NCBI GenBank assembly: GCA_963675915.1
Contig: OY780959.1
Location: 2,430,001 to 2,462,000 of the forward strand
DNA length: 32,000 nt
Reading direction: 5' to 3'
Source: Coprobacillaceae bacterium
GTDB lineage: Bacteria > Bacillota_I > Bacilli_A > Erysipelotrichales > Coprobacillaceae
In this document: positions 8,804 through 16,381 of the stretch, piece after piece
How the letters are laid out: every line of letters begins with the position of its first letter
Numbering within the stretch: position 1 is the stretch's first letter
Translations under genes and position numbers: made by a program
Notes under the pieces: generated by a model
What the model saw: only the letters and a program-made list of their open reading frames with translations
Told to the model about the DNA's origin: nothing
The model's database searches: none

Positions 8804-9754
8804 ATGGCTGATAAATTATTAGAATTGCAGGATCTGACTAAAACTTTCCATGTTTCCGGTGGGGAACTTACAGCTGTAAACCATGTCAATTTTTCGATTG
8901 ACCGTGGAGAAACTGTTGGTCTTGTAGGAGAATCAGGATGTGGTAAATCAACCCTTGGCCGCGTGGTTATGGGAGTTTACCAACCAACTGAAGGTAAAAT
9001 AATCTATGATGGTGAAGAGCTGCATATCAAATCAGCTAAAGACCGTCTCGAATATGCTAAAAAAGCGCAAATGATCTTCCAGGATCCATATGCGTCTTTA
9101 AACCCAAGAATGACTGTCGGGGACATCGTTGCCGAAGGTATGGTCATCCATGGGATGTATGATGAAGAAGGACGTAAGAAACGAGTTCAGGAATTGCTTG
9201 AACTGGTTGGGCTTAACAAGGAACATGCCAACCGTTTTCCACATGAGTTCTCAGGTGGGCAACGTCAAAGAATCGGGATTGCCAGAGCGTTGGCAATCGA
9301 GCCTGATTTTTTGGTTTGTGACGAACCAATCTCAGCCCTTGATGTTTCTATCCAATCACAGGTAATCAACCTGTTGATCGATCTTCAAAAGAAATTGGGA
9401 CTGACTTACCTTTTCATCGCCCATGATTTGGATATTGTCAGATTCATCTCGGATCGAATCGTGGTTATGTATCTGGGGCACGTTGTGGAAATCGGGGCAG
9501 CCAACGATGTTTATGAAAATGCGTTGCACCCATATTCACAAGCGCTTCTTTCGGCGGTACCAATCGCGGATCCGAAAAAGGAACACGATAAAAAGAGAAT
9601 CATCCTTGAAGGTGATATCCCTTCGCCGATTGATTTGCCAAAAGGTTGTCCTTTCGTAGGACGTTGTTCAAAAGCGACTGATATCTGCAAAGATGTCAAA
9701 CCGGAACTTAAAGAATATACGCCAGGACATTTTGCAGCCTGTCATAATATTTAA
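8804..9754 (+). CDS. oppF: Oligopeptide ABC transporter ATP-binding protein
   Basis: Walker A GESGCGKST, signature FSGGQRQR and Walker B FLVCDEPISALD are present. It is the last gene of the operon. Confidence 0.9.
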   Translation: MADKLLELQDLTKTFHVSGGELTAVNHVNFSIDRGETVGLVGESGCGKSTLGRVVMGVYQPTEGKIIYDGEELHIKSAKDRLEYAKKAQMIFQDPYASLNPRMTVGDIVAEGMVIHGMYDEEGRKKRVQELLELVGLNKEHANRFPHEFSGGQRQRIGIARALAIEPDFLVCDEPISALDVSIQSQVINLLIDLQKKLGLTYLFIAHDLDIVRFISDRIVVMYLGHVVEIGAANDVYENALHPYSQALLSAVPIADPKKEHDKKRIILEGDIPSPIDLPKGCPFVGRCSKATDICKDVKPELKEYTPGHFAACHNI

Positions 9755-9777
9755 ACAAAAAAAGACACTTCTGAGAA

Positions 9778-9785
9778 ATCTTATC
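9778..9785. repeat. Target-site duplication ATCTTATC (left copy) of the ISL3-like element
   Basis: The identical 8-mer recurs at 12061..12068, directly flanking the proposed element ends. An 8-bp TSD is typical of ISL3. Confidence 0.7.
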
Positions 9786-9878
9786 GGTACTCTAAAATAA
9801 CTTGAGGTAGCACTTGTTATAAGCAATAGAATTATTTGATGTGCTTACTACCTCATGAATGATTATAGCCACAATAGG

Positions 9879-9913
9879 GTGACTGGAAATCGTATGATTT
9901 CCAGTCACTTTTT
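9879..9913 (+). terminator. Strong plus-strand intrinsic terminator carried inside the ISL3-like element end
   Basis: GTGACTGGAAATC-gtat-GATTTCCAGTCAC is a perfect 13-bp stem followed by TTTTT on the + strand. On the - strand no U-run follows. Confidence 0.65.
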
Positions 9914-11331
9914 CATTTTGTCGAGGGGTAGATATAGTAATTCACATCATCGTTCAAGACATATAGCACCCTGCTTCGGAATCTTTCCCAGTTATTATAG
10001 CCATTGGCGTTTCGTTTGATGCTTTTTATGGTTTTGTTTCTGTTTTCGATTATTCCATTATTGATTTTATGACCTTTGGTTATTTCGATGAACGAATTGA
10101 TTATTTCGTTCTTCCACCTAACCATCGTATTAGCGAAATCGTTCATTCCTTTTACATTGCTTTTTCTAAATTCGTCAATTATTTCCTCAAGGTTCCGTTT
10201 CGCTGTTTTATAATTGCTCTTTTTAAAGAATCTTATTACTTCATCTTTTAAATCTACAGCTTCTTCGAGTTGTGGGTCGATTTTCATTATGTAGTCAAGA
10301 AGATCATAGGGATTGTAATAACCTTCAAGCACTCTATTGTATTTCTTTTTGACGTTCGGATCGAATATCTTTGGATCATTCTTGTAAAGAAGCCAATTGA
10401 ATTTTTTGAGCACATAATATTGCTTCTTACGTTCTTTGATTTCTACAATCTCTTTTGGGGTGAGATTCTCCTTAATTAGATTTGGTGGGACTTTGACCTT
10501 GTTCATAACATCGATTCTAACTCTGTCAACCTTCTTGGTAAGCTCCTGGATTACATGAAACTTGTCACAGGCCACAACGGCATTTGGGAATACACGCTTG
10601 CTTACGATTCGATAAGTTTCCCACATATCAGTTGATACGACTTTAACTATTTCCCGTTCTTTCCTGGGAATCAGGGTGAAGTAGTTAAGCAAACTGTATT
10701 TTTTTCGTTCTGGCAACAGATCAATTATTTTCTGGTTTTGATAATCAAGCAGCACGCAAACATAGTTGCTTCTTTTCGATTTGAAGGCATAAACTTCATC
10801 AATGCAGATATACTCCGGCAGCGTTCTTCTTGATACTCTTACATGCTTGTCAAATATCGAAGCAACTGTGGTGGGCGATATGTTGTGACGATAAGCAACG
10901 CTCTTGAATGTTTCATTAAACGATTTCAAATCCTTCAGGACATTATATACGGTCGCCAAAGAGATTTTCATACCTTTGAGGGTGAACGGATTGTGTTCAT
11001 AGAATGTTTTGTTGCAGGCGGGGCATTTGTGCCTGCGGGCATGGTAGTTGATATAGCAAGGAATACCATTTAGGATAGAGTGGGTTATTTTCTTGTTAAC
11101 GTAGTTATTGACGATGGTGGTCTCGGTTCCGCAGACCGGGCATATGTGGGGGACACATTCAAGTTCAACATACACATGAACACCATCAAACTGATGATTG
11201 ACATGGATTTTCTTAATCCGTTTGTCTTCAAGATTGAATAGTTTTCTAATATAAATGTCATCAATAGACGCACCCGTGTTAGGATTCGTCGCCAAACACG
11301 TAGAAAGATTAGACTTATTATTCGATTCCAT
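9913..11331 (-). CDS. ISL3-family DDE transposase
   Basis: An N-terminal zf-ISL3-type zinc ribbon (CPVCGTET...HKCPACNKTF) precedes an HTH region and a DDE_Tnp_ISL3-like core (CIDEV...STDMWETY...NNGIIENRNKTIK). Length is 472 aa. Confidence 0.85.
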   Translation of the reverse strand: MESNNKSNLSTCLATNPNTGASIDDIYIRKLFNLEDKRIKKIHVNHQFDGVHVYVELECVPHICPVCGTETTIVNNYVNKKITHSILNGIPCYINYHARRHKCPACNKTFYEHNPFTLKGMKISLATVYNVLKDLKSFNETFKSVAYRHNISPTTVASIFDKHVRVSRRTLPEYICIDEVYAFKSKRSNYVCVLLDYQNQKIIDLLPERKKYSLLNYFTLIPRKEREIVKVVSTDMWETYRIVSKRVFPNAVVACDKFHVIQELTKKVDRVRIDVMNKVKVPPNLIKENLTPKEIVEIKERKKQYYVLKKFNWLLYKNDPKIFDPNVKKKYNRVLEGYYNPYDLLDYIMKIDPQLEEAVDLKDEVIRFFKKSNYKTAKRNLEEIIDEFRKSNVKGMNDFANTMVRWKNEIINSFIEITKGHKINNGIIENRNKTIKSIKRNANGYNNWERFRSRVLYVLNDDVNYYIYPSTK

Positions 11332-11399
11332 ACGTTTTCCTCCTAAAATTCATTTTACAAGTAGATTGTACAAATAAACCCGGTTTAATCGTATGAAAG

Positions 11400-11813
11400 T
11401 TATGTGGTAATGAAGATACAGTCAAATTTTCTTGATTTTAGAATACAAAAATCTTCATAGCTTAGATTGATGTCGAAAGACTGCCGCAGATAACTGAGAT
11501 ACGAAGGATCGTAATGGTTGTTGTTTACAATGATAGAAACTATGTCATCTTTTGACAAAATTGAGAATGGAACCATTGATTCAATCAGGATGGCATGAGT
11601 TCTACCGCAGTCCCCGCAAATGAGCCTCATGATCCTAATTTTGAATTTGAGACCTAAAAACGACACATTTCTAACGTAGTAGGAATGTGTCTTGAAAGAG
11701 TTTGTCGCACCACAAGAGCAGCTCATTTGTGAAAAATTGATTGAATTAACTGTGTTGGAGTAGGATTTTTGGTTGATATACTTGATTTTTGTTTCATTTT
11801 TTATTATTATCAT
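11400..11813 (-). CDS. Small zinc-ribbon protein (CxC...CxxC; DUF6431-like by recollection), accessory ORF of the ISL3-like element
   Basis: The 137-aa ORF is co-oriented with the transposase and 68 bp upstream of it, inside the element. SCSCGATNSFKTHSYYVRNV...IRIMRLICGDCGRTHAIL resembles the transposase's own N-terminal zinc ribbon. Confidence 0.55.
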   Translation of the reverse strand: MIIIKNETKIKYINQKSYSNTVNSINFSQMSCSCGATNSFKTHSYYVRNVSFLGLKFKIRIMRLICGDCGRTHAILIESMVPFSILSKDDIVSIIVNNNHYDPSYLSYLRQSFDINLSYEDFCILKSRKFDCIFITT

Positions 11814-12060
11814 ATTGTTCTTATGAGCAGATAGAAATCAAACTTGGTAGGGGAGATTTCTATCTTTTTTCCTTTCTAAAAGATGTTTATATACTAATAT
11901 GATACCAAAAAAACAGGCAAAGCACCAAAATGAATCATGGAGCTAAGCCTGTTTTTTAGAATTACACCTCAACAATCGTTGTAGCTAATAAATGGTCCTA
12001 CAAAAGTAAACCATCACTCATATTGTTCGGAGCGGCAATATTAAACTATCTTAGATACTC

Positions 12061-12068
12061 ATCTTATC
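12061..12068. repeat. Target-site duplication ATCTTATC (right copy) of the ISL3-like element
   Basis: Identical to 9778..9785. Confidence 0.7.
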
Positions 12069-12105
12069 AAAGAAAGTGTCTTTTTTGTTTCAGCTAAAAT
12101 TCGGG

Positions 12106-12133
12106 ATAAAAAAAGACCTAAATCAATTAGGCC
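12106..12133 (-). terminator. Minus-strand intrinsic terminator of the small membrane-protein gene
   Basis: On the - strand the sequence reads GGCCTAA-ttgat-TTAGGTC followed by TTTTTTT. It includes one G-U pair, so it folds properly only on the - strand. It overlaps the stop codon. Confidence 0.6.
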
Positions 12134-12399
12134 TTCTTTTTGTTTGTGAAAAGATAATATCCAATGACAGTAACTACTAAAACTGCAGCTACAGTGTAAA
12201 AACGATATTGTTCAAGCGGGAACAGATATTGGTTTGACAGAATCCCGATTCTGTTGATTAATATAGTCAACGCAGACCCGCCGGTAAATATGGCGATAGC
12301 CGCCACTACCAATTTGACTGCACGATTGAACAGTTCACTGAATAAAATTAAGCCTGCGATACAAACGCATGTGATGAAAGTATAGATAACAAAATGCAT
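12127..12399 (-). CDS. Small hydrophobic membrane protein (3 predicted TM segments), function unknown
   Basis: The start is trimmed to the ATG at 12399, 7 nt after AGGAGG. The sequence is MHFVIYTFITCVCIAGLILF..., about 90 aa. Confidence 0.55.
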   Translation of the reverse strand: MHFVIYTFITCVCIAGLILFSELFNRAVKLVVAAIAIFTGGSALTILINRIGILSNQYLFPLEQYRFYTVAAVLVVTVIGYYLFTNKKKA

Positions 12400-12519
12400 A
12401 ACTAATCCTCCTGATTTCATACAATAAAGTAACACAAAAACGCCGAAAAATCAATAAAAACATAGTCAACACCCTAAAAGAATGATAGAATAAACTAAGA
12501 AACCTAGGGGGGATATGTT

Positions 12520-13518
12520 ATGAAATTGCTCACTGTGTGGATTCCAAATGGCGATGAATTACATGGCCGTCTGGAGGTGCTCGACACTTTATACCAATTC
12601 AACGAATTTCTGCAGATTATCGTTACAACTGATAATAAAGACCAATTTGTTGAAGATAATCCGCTGATAGATAAATTTGATTTGTCGAAATTCACGTCAG
12701 AAAGAAGTCTTCGCCGGATCAAACCGCATATCAAGGGCCTATACTTCAAAATAATCTATGGTCAGGATTTGCTTAACTTCAACAGTTTTCAAACGCTTGT
12801 TGAGACTATTGATTCCTTTATCCGGGCCCAACACGCAATTGATTTGTTCATCACGGATTACAGTATCCGGAACAACGAGAAAATCGCGGTTGTCAACTAT
12901 CGCCATACATTCAAATTGGACAAAATCACGACCTGGCATGACACCACTGGATTGGCGAAGACATACATTCCTTTCGCGGCTCTGACTTTCAAGAGCGCCC
13001 TGCTTTGCAAGGATGATTTTCACAACCCCTTGAATCTTGATGCCGATAATATTCTGATTACCCTATTGGCTTTTGTTCAAAGTGACAAGATCTACTATCT
13101 CGATGAGTGTGTTTACAACCACAGCGATACCAATATCATGAGTTTTGATTCCATTATGATTTTCAACCAGAAAGGTTCACCGGCTGATTATCCCAAGTAC
13201 CTGATTGAGATTTCCAACTTCAATCTCGGTCGAATCAAATCGCGTAAATTGAAAAATTATCTGATGAACCAGTATCTGATGGTTTTGGTTGCTCATCTGA
13301 TGAAAATCAAAAAGCAAGCCCCGAGATCCAATATTCAGGCAATCCGATATCATATCATTGGTGCGATTTCCAATTACGAATTGCAGAATTTTCTCAACAA
13401 CCGGAGTTCACGAAAGCTTCTTGACTCCCTGACATCGACTCACCAGCTGGCAATCAGTATTCGCGACCGTAAAGTCAAAAAGTATTTTCAGTTCGCAATG
13501 GGAGAGATTTTAAAATAA
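12520..13518 (+). CDS. Hypothetical protein, possibly a degenerate GT-A (family-2 glycosyltransferase-like) fold
   Basis: The 332-aa ORF has a GGGGGG SD 7 nt upstream. The N-terminal layout LTVWIPNGDE...IIVTTDNKD...LYFKIIYGQDLL mimics GT2 spacing (IPxYN / DDGSTD / DxD), but the acidic motifs are not conserved. Confidence 0.4.
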   Translation: MKLLTVWIPNGDELHGRLEVLDTLYQFNEFLQIIVTTDNKDQFVEDNPLIDKFDLSKFTSERSLRRIKPHIKGLYFKIIYGQDLLNFNSFQTLVETIDSFIRAQHAIDLFITDYSIRNNEKIAVVNYRHTFKLDKITTWHDTTGLAKTYIPFAALTFKSALLCKDDFHNPLNLDADNILITLLAFVQSDKIYYLDECVYNHSDTNIMSFDSIMIFNQKGSPADYPKYLIEISNFNLGRIKSRKLKNYLMNQYLMVLVAHLMKIKKQAPRSNIQAIRYHIIGAISNYELQNFLNNRSSRKLLDSLTSTHQLAISIRDRKVKKYFQFAMGEILK

Positions 13519-13545
13519 TAACTAGAAGTAAAGACAGAGGATAAA

Positions 13546-14634
13546 ATGAAAAAAAACGTTAATTATTTAAAATATTTGTTGATTGGAATAATCTTGATAA
13601 TATTCTATAAATCATTCGAATACAATGTTATCGGAACCTTGATGCATGTGGGAACTCCGTTGATTATCGGAGCGATTCTGGCATATTTTCTCCAACCGCT
13701 GGTTAATTTTGTCAACTCCATTTATTCAAGCAAAATCTTATTCAATCATCGAAAAATTAGTTATCTGATGTCTGTCTTCACAGTATTCTTGTTGATCATC
13801 ATGGTTATTTCAATTACTATGACATTCCTGTTGCCGGGGGTTATCAATTCGGTTATCAATTTCACAACCAACATCAATGATTATGTCGAAGCTTTGGAAA
13901 AAGCGATTATTGATCTGACTCATAATCAGGGAATGGCTGATTTGGCGGTTGAACAGTTGGAATATCTGGTGGAAACGATCGATATCTACACCACTAATAA
14001 TCTCCTCAATGTCGCCAACGTTGCTTTTGCAACCAGTTCTCGGATCTTCTCAGTGGTTTTGGGAATCATCCTGACCCCTTACTTCCTGATTGAAAAAGAC
14101 AAACTCAAAGCGATTGCTCTTAGAATACTGAAAGTTTTCTTTAATGAAAATCAGACCGATATGATCGCTAATTACATGTATTCATCGCATATCCTTTTTG
14201 GCCGTTTCATCTATGGCAAGTTCATCGATTCGGTTATCATCGGAATGATCGCCATGGTGATCTTTGTGATTTTGAACGTGCCATTCTACCCACTGATGGC
14301 GGCGATTGTCTTCTTGACCAATATGATTCCCTACTTTGGACCTTTCATCGGAGGGGGACCGGTAGTGGTGATCACTTTCATGGTTCAAGGTCCGTTGCAG
14401 GCCTTGTTTGTGGCAATTGCGATATTGGTGATCCAACAGTTTGACGGACTTATTCTGGGGCCTAAAATTCTTGGAGACACGGTTGGTGTTTCGCCGTTCT
14501 GGGTCATTGTTTCCATCACTGTCTTTGGGGGATTGTGGGGCTTTGTCGGAATGTTCCTGGCGGTTCCGCTGATTTCAATTATCCAGATGTTATTTAGAGA
14601 TTTAATCAAATACAAAAACGAGCATCCTAACTGA
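13546..14634 (+). CDS. AI-2E family transporter (PerM/YdiK/UPF0118)
   Basis: It is a multi-TM protein of 362 aa with the family-typical motif NMIPYFGPFIGGGP. Confidence 0.8.
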   Translation: MKKNVNYLKYLLIGIILIIFYKSFEYNVIGTLMHVGTPLIIGAILAYFLQPLVNFVNSIYSSKILFNHRKISYLMSVFTVFLLIIMVISITMTFLLPGVINSVINFTTNINDYVEALEKAIIDLTHNQGMADLAVEQLEYLVETIDIYTTNNLLNVANVAFATSSRIFSVVLGIILTPYFLIEKDKLKAIALRILKVFFNENQTDMIANYMYSSHILFGRFIYGKFIDSVIIGMIAMVIFVILNVPFYPLMAAIVFLTNMIPYFGPFIGGGPVVVITFMVQGPLQALFVAIAILVIQQFDGLILGPKILGDTVGVSPFWVIVSITVFGGLWGFVGMFLAVPLISIIQMLFRDLIKYKNEHPN

Positions 14635-14646
14635 TGCTTTTTTTTA
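14620..14646 (+). terminator. Intrinsic terminator of the AI-2E transporter gene
   Basis: AGCATC-ctaact-GATGCT is followed by 8 T residues. The stop codon lies in the loop/3' arm. Confidence 0.6.
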
Positions 14647-14666
14647 TACGCCAATTGGTGTATACT

Positions 14667-14674
14667 ACCAAGAT
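14667..14674. repeat. Target-site duplication ACCAAGAT (left copy) of the IS6-like element
   Basis: The identical 8-mer lies at 16360..16367, directly abutting the inverted repeats. An 8-bp TSD is the IS6/IS26 hallmark. Confidence 0.8.
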
Positions 14675-14686
14675 GGTAGTGTCAAA
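14675..14686. repeat. Terminal inverted repeat (left) GGTAGTGTCAAA
   Basis: It is the perfect reverse complement of 16348..16359. Confidence 0.85.
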
Positions 14687-14704
14687 CGTTTATGAAAAGT
14701 ATGA

Positions 14705-16168
14705 TTAATTGATGATAGTGGTATTTGTTATGTAGTCGTTGGCCATATCAATGATCATATTCCATTTTTTAGGCATGTTGGTAACTCCTTTGAATGCTTC
14801 AAGTTCTACAGGCGGTTTGTATTTCAATGAGCTGTGATTTCTTAGAAAATTGAAGTACGTGGTAAATAGACACATGAATTCATTTGCCTTATCAAAATCT
14901 GTAAAACCATTCTTTACGTAATATGAGAACTTGAATGTTCTATTCAATCTCTCAATTATTTGCTTTTGAGATCGATACATCTTTGAAGTTTCATCTTTGT
15001 TTTCTAAACCGATTACCTGATGAACTTTGAATCTTATTTTGTTTATATGTAAATATTGTTGGGCAGCGAGGTAGATTGGATTGCCATCAACGACGAAATT
15101 CAAATCTTCAGGCAGGTCTTCTGGAATGACTGTAAACTTTCTGATTACTGAATAGAAAGCTTGAATTGCTGAAAATGTATCTCTTTTCATGAAGATGTTG
15201 TAAGAGGTTATTATTTTTCTGACACTGTCACACATGAAAAAGACATAGGCTTTCTTGCCTTTGACTTTCACGTAAGTTTCATCACCGCACTGATCTACAG
15301 TCAAATTGTCATACTGGTAGTTGTCCAACCAAGGGTTGATCAGACAACTGGCTGCTTCGGCATAGTTGGCGACAGTCTGATGAGATACTTTGACGTCATG
15401 AACTTCTCGCATAATCAACGCGGTTTTCCTCAAAGATAAGCCGTAGTTGATGTGGTATGTGAGGATTAGGCCCAGTATGTGCTTTGAATTATGGATTCTC
15501 GACAATTGGACCTTTGAAGGGGTTATGGTTGCCTGAAGTCTTTCCAATTGTTCTATGGTAGCACTGAAAACTCTGGTTATGTAGTGGAGTTTGAAGGCGG
15601 AAGGATTTCTCTTGTAGAGTTTCTTCTCCTTGCGGTTCATCATTCTGAGATTGTGCTTGTAGTAAGTACACATGTTGTTAGGACAACGATATACAGTGAA
15701 ATGTTCACGGGTATGACGTGGATCCAGTTTTACCCCGCAATAAGGGCAGTAATGTGCCACTTGTTGGATATATGGTTTTCCAGGAACGAAGGCGGTATCG
15801 CATACTTTGCAGCGACACTGCTTTGATATTTTGCCGGACTTGTTGTCATAAAGATATTCGTAAGGAGCTCCACAGTGAGGGCAAACAGTATCTTTTGGTA
15901 TGTTTAAAGGAACCCGTCTATTTATAGGTTTGGGCGAGCGACCTTTATGTTTGGATTTATATATTTCTACCGCTTCATCAAATGAAATCGGGAGATTTTC
16001 TTCTTTGATGAAAGGAACTGGATCAACCTTGAATTTGCGGTATTGTTCGCTCATGACCAATGTAGCGGGTTCCTTAGGTAGAAATTTCATTAAAAAGCAT
16101 TCGGATTTGAAAGAAATTTTATTGATGATGTTCAGTAATTTGATAATTAGTGATATAATCTTAGCCAT
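14705..16168 (-). CDS. IS6-family-like DDE transposase with a long N-terminal multi-zinc-finger extension (487 aa)
   Basis: GDETYVKVKGKKAYVFFMCD (compare IS26 DETYVKV), then VVDGNPIY and QIIERLNRTFK form a D-D-E arrangement. The N-terminal ~200 aa carries CPHCG...CKVCD, CPYCG and CPNNMC zinc-ribbon motifs. Confidence 0.8.
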   Translation of the reverse strand: MAKIISLIIKLLNIINKISFKSECFLMKFLPKEPATLVMSEQYRKFKVDPVPFIKEENLPISFDEAVEIYKSKHKGRSPKPINRRVPLNIPKDTVCPHCGAPYEYLYDNKSGKISKQCRCKVCDTAFVPGKPYIQQVAHYCPYCGVKLDPRHTREHFTVYRCPNNMCTYYKHNLRMMNRKEKKLYKRNPSAFKLHYITRVFSATIEQLERLQATITPSKVQLSRIHNSKHILGLILTYHINYGLSLRKTALIMREVHDVKVSHQTVANYAEAASCLINPWLDNYQYDNLTVDQCGDETYVKVKGKKAYVFFMCDSVRKIITSYNIFMKRDTFSAIQAFYSVIRKFTVIPEDLPEDLNFVVDGNPIYLAAQQYLHINKIRFKVHQVIGLENKDETSKMYRSQKQIIERLNRTFKFSYYVKNGFTDFDKANEFMCLFTTYFNFLRNHSSLKYKPPVELEAFKGVTNMPKKWNMIIDMANDYITNTTIIN

Positions 16169-16347
16169 GGTAATAGTTCTCCTTTACTTTAGGTTTGGTC
16201 ACTTACAATTATAGGAGCTATTACCTTTTTTGTATAATGAAAAGGCTAAGTTATATGTCAATCCCGGAGGGGAATGACTAAAATAGATAAAAAACCAAGG
16301 TAGAATGCGGTTTTCTAGTTAATTATGATTATAAATAACTAACTGGT

Positions 16348-16359
16348 TTTGACACTACC
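16348..16359. repeat. Terminal inverted repeat (right) TTTGACACTACC
   Basis: It is the reverse complement of 14675..14686 and contains an outward-facing TTGACA. Confidence 0.85.
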
Positions 16360-16367
16360 ACCAAGAT
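16360..16367. repeat. Target-site duplication ACCAAGAT (right copy)
   Basis: Identical to 14667..14674. Confidence 0.8.
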
Positions 16368-16381
16368 ATAGGGGGGATACA

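Larger units (their letters stand above)
9786..12060 (-). mobile_element. ISL3-family-like insertion sequence (2275 bp) with two ORFs
   Basis: A perfect 8-bp direct repeat flanks it. The terminal inverted repeats are imperfect (GGTACTCTAAAATAACTT vs GAGTATCTAAGATAGTTT, 11/18, core TCTAARATA). It encodes an ISL3-type DDE transposase. Removing the element plus one TSD copy regenerates a clean terminator hairpin. Confidence 0.75.
14675..16359 (-). mobile_element. IS6/IS26-family-like insertion sequence (1685 bp)
   Basis: Perfect 12-bp terminal IRs GGTAGTGTCAAA lie at 14675..14686 and, inverted, at 16348..16359 (compare IS26 GGCACTGTTGCAAA). An 8-bp TSD flanks the element. Its single ORF has the IS6-type DDE core. 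Confidence 0.85.

Noticed and set aside
11814-12060. The right end of the ISL3-like element might lie near 11395, excluding the small ORF
   Set aside because: I found no IR-like match to the left end around 11340..11400. The 12060 boundary gives a perfect TSD and regenerates the terminator hairpin.
9786-16359. Possible composite transposon formed by the two IS elements
   Set aside because: The two elements belong to different families (ISL3-like and IS6-like) and each has its own intact 8-bp TSD. The intervening DNA was therefore not moved by this pair.
16349-16381. Hybrid promoter made by the outward TTGACA in the IS6-like right IR driving the AEC permease
   Set aside because: With a 17-nt spacer the -10 position falls on GGGGGA, which is the SD. 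The only TATA-like hexamers (GATATA/ATATAG) lie 10-12 nt from the -35. The geometry does not support a functional sigma-A hybrid promoter, although transcription from deeper inside the IS remains possible.
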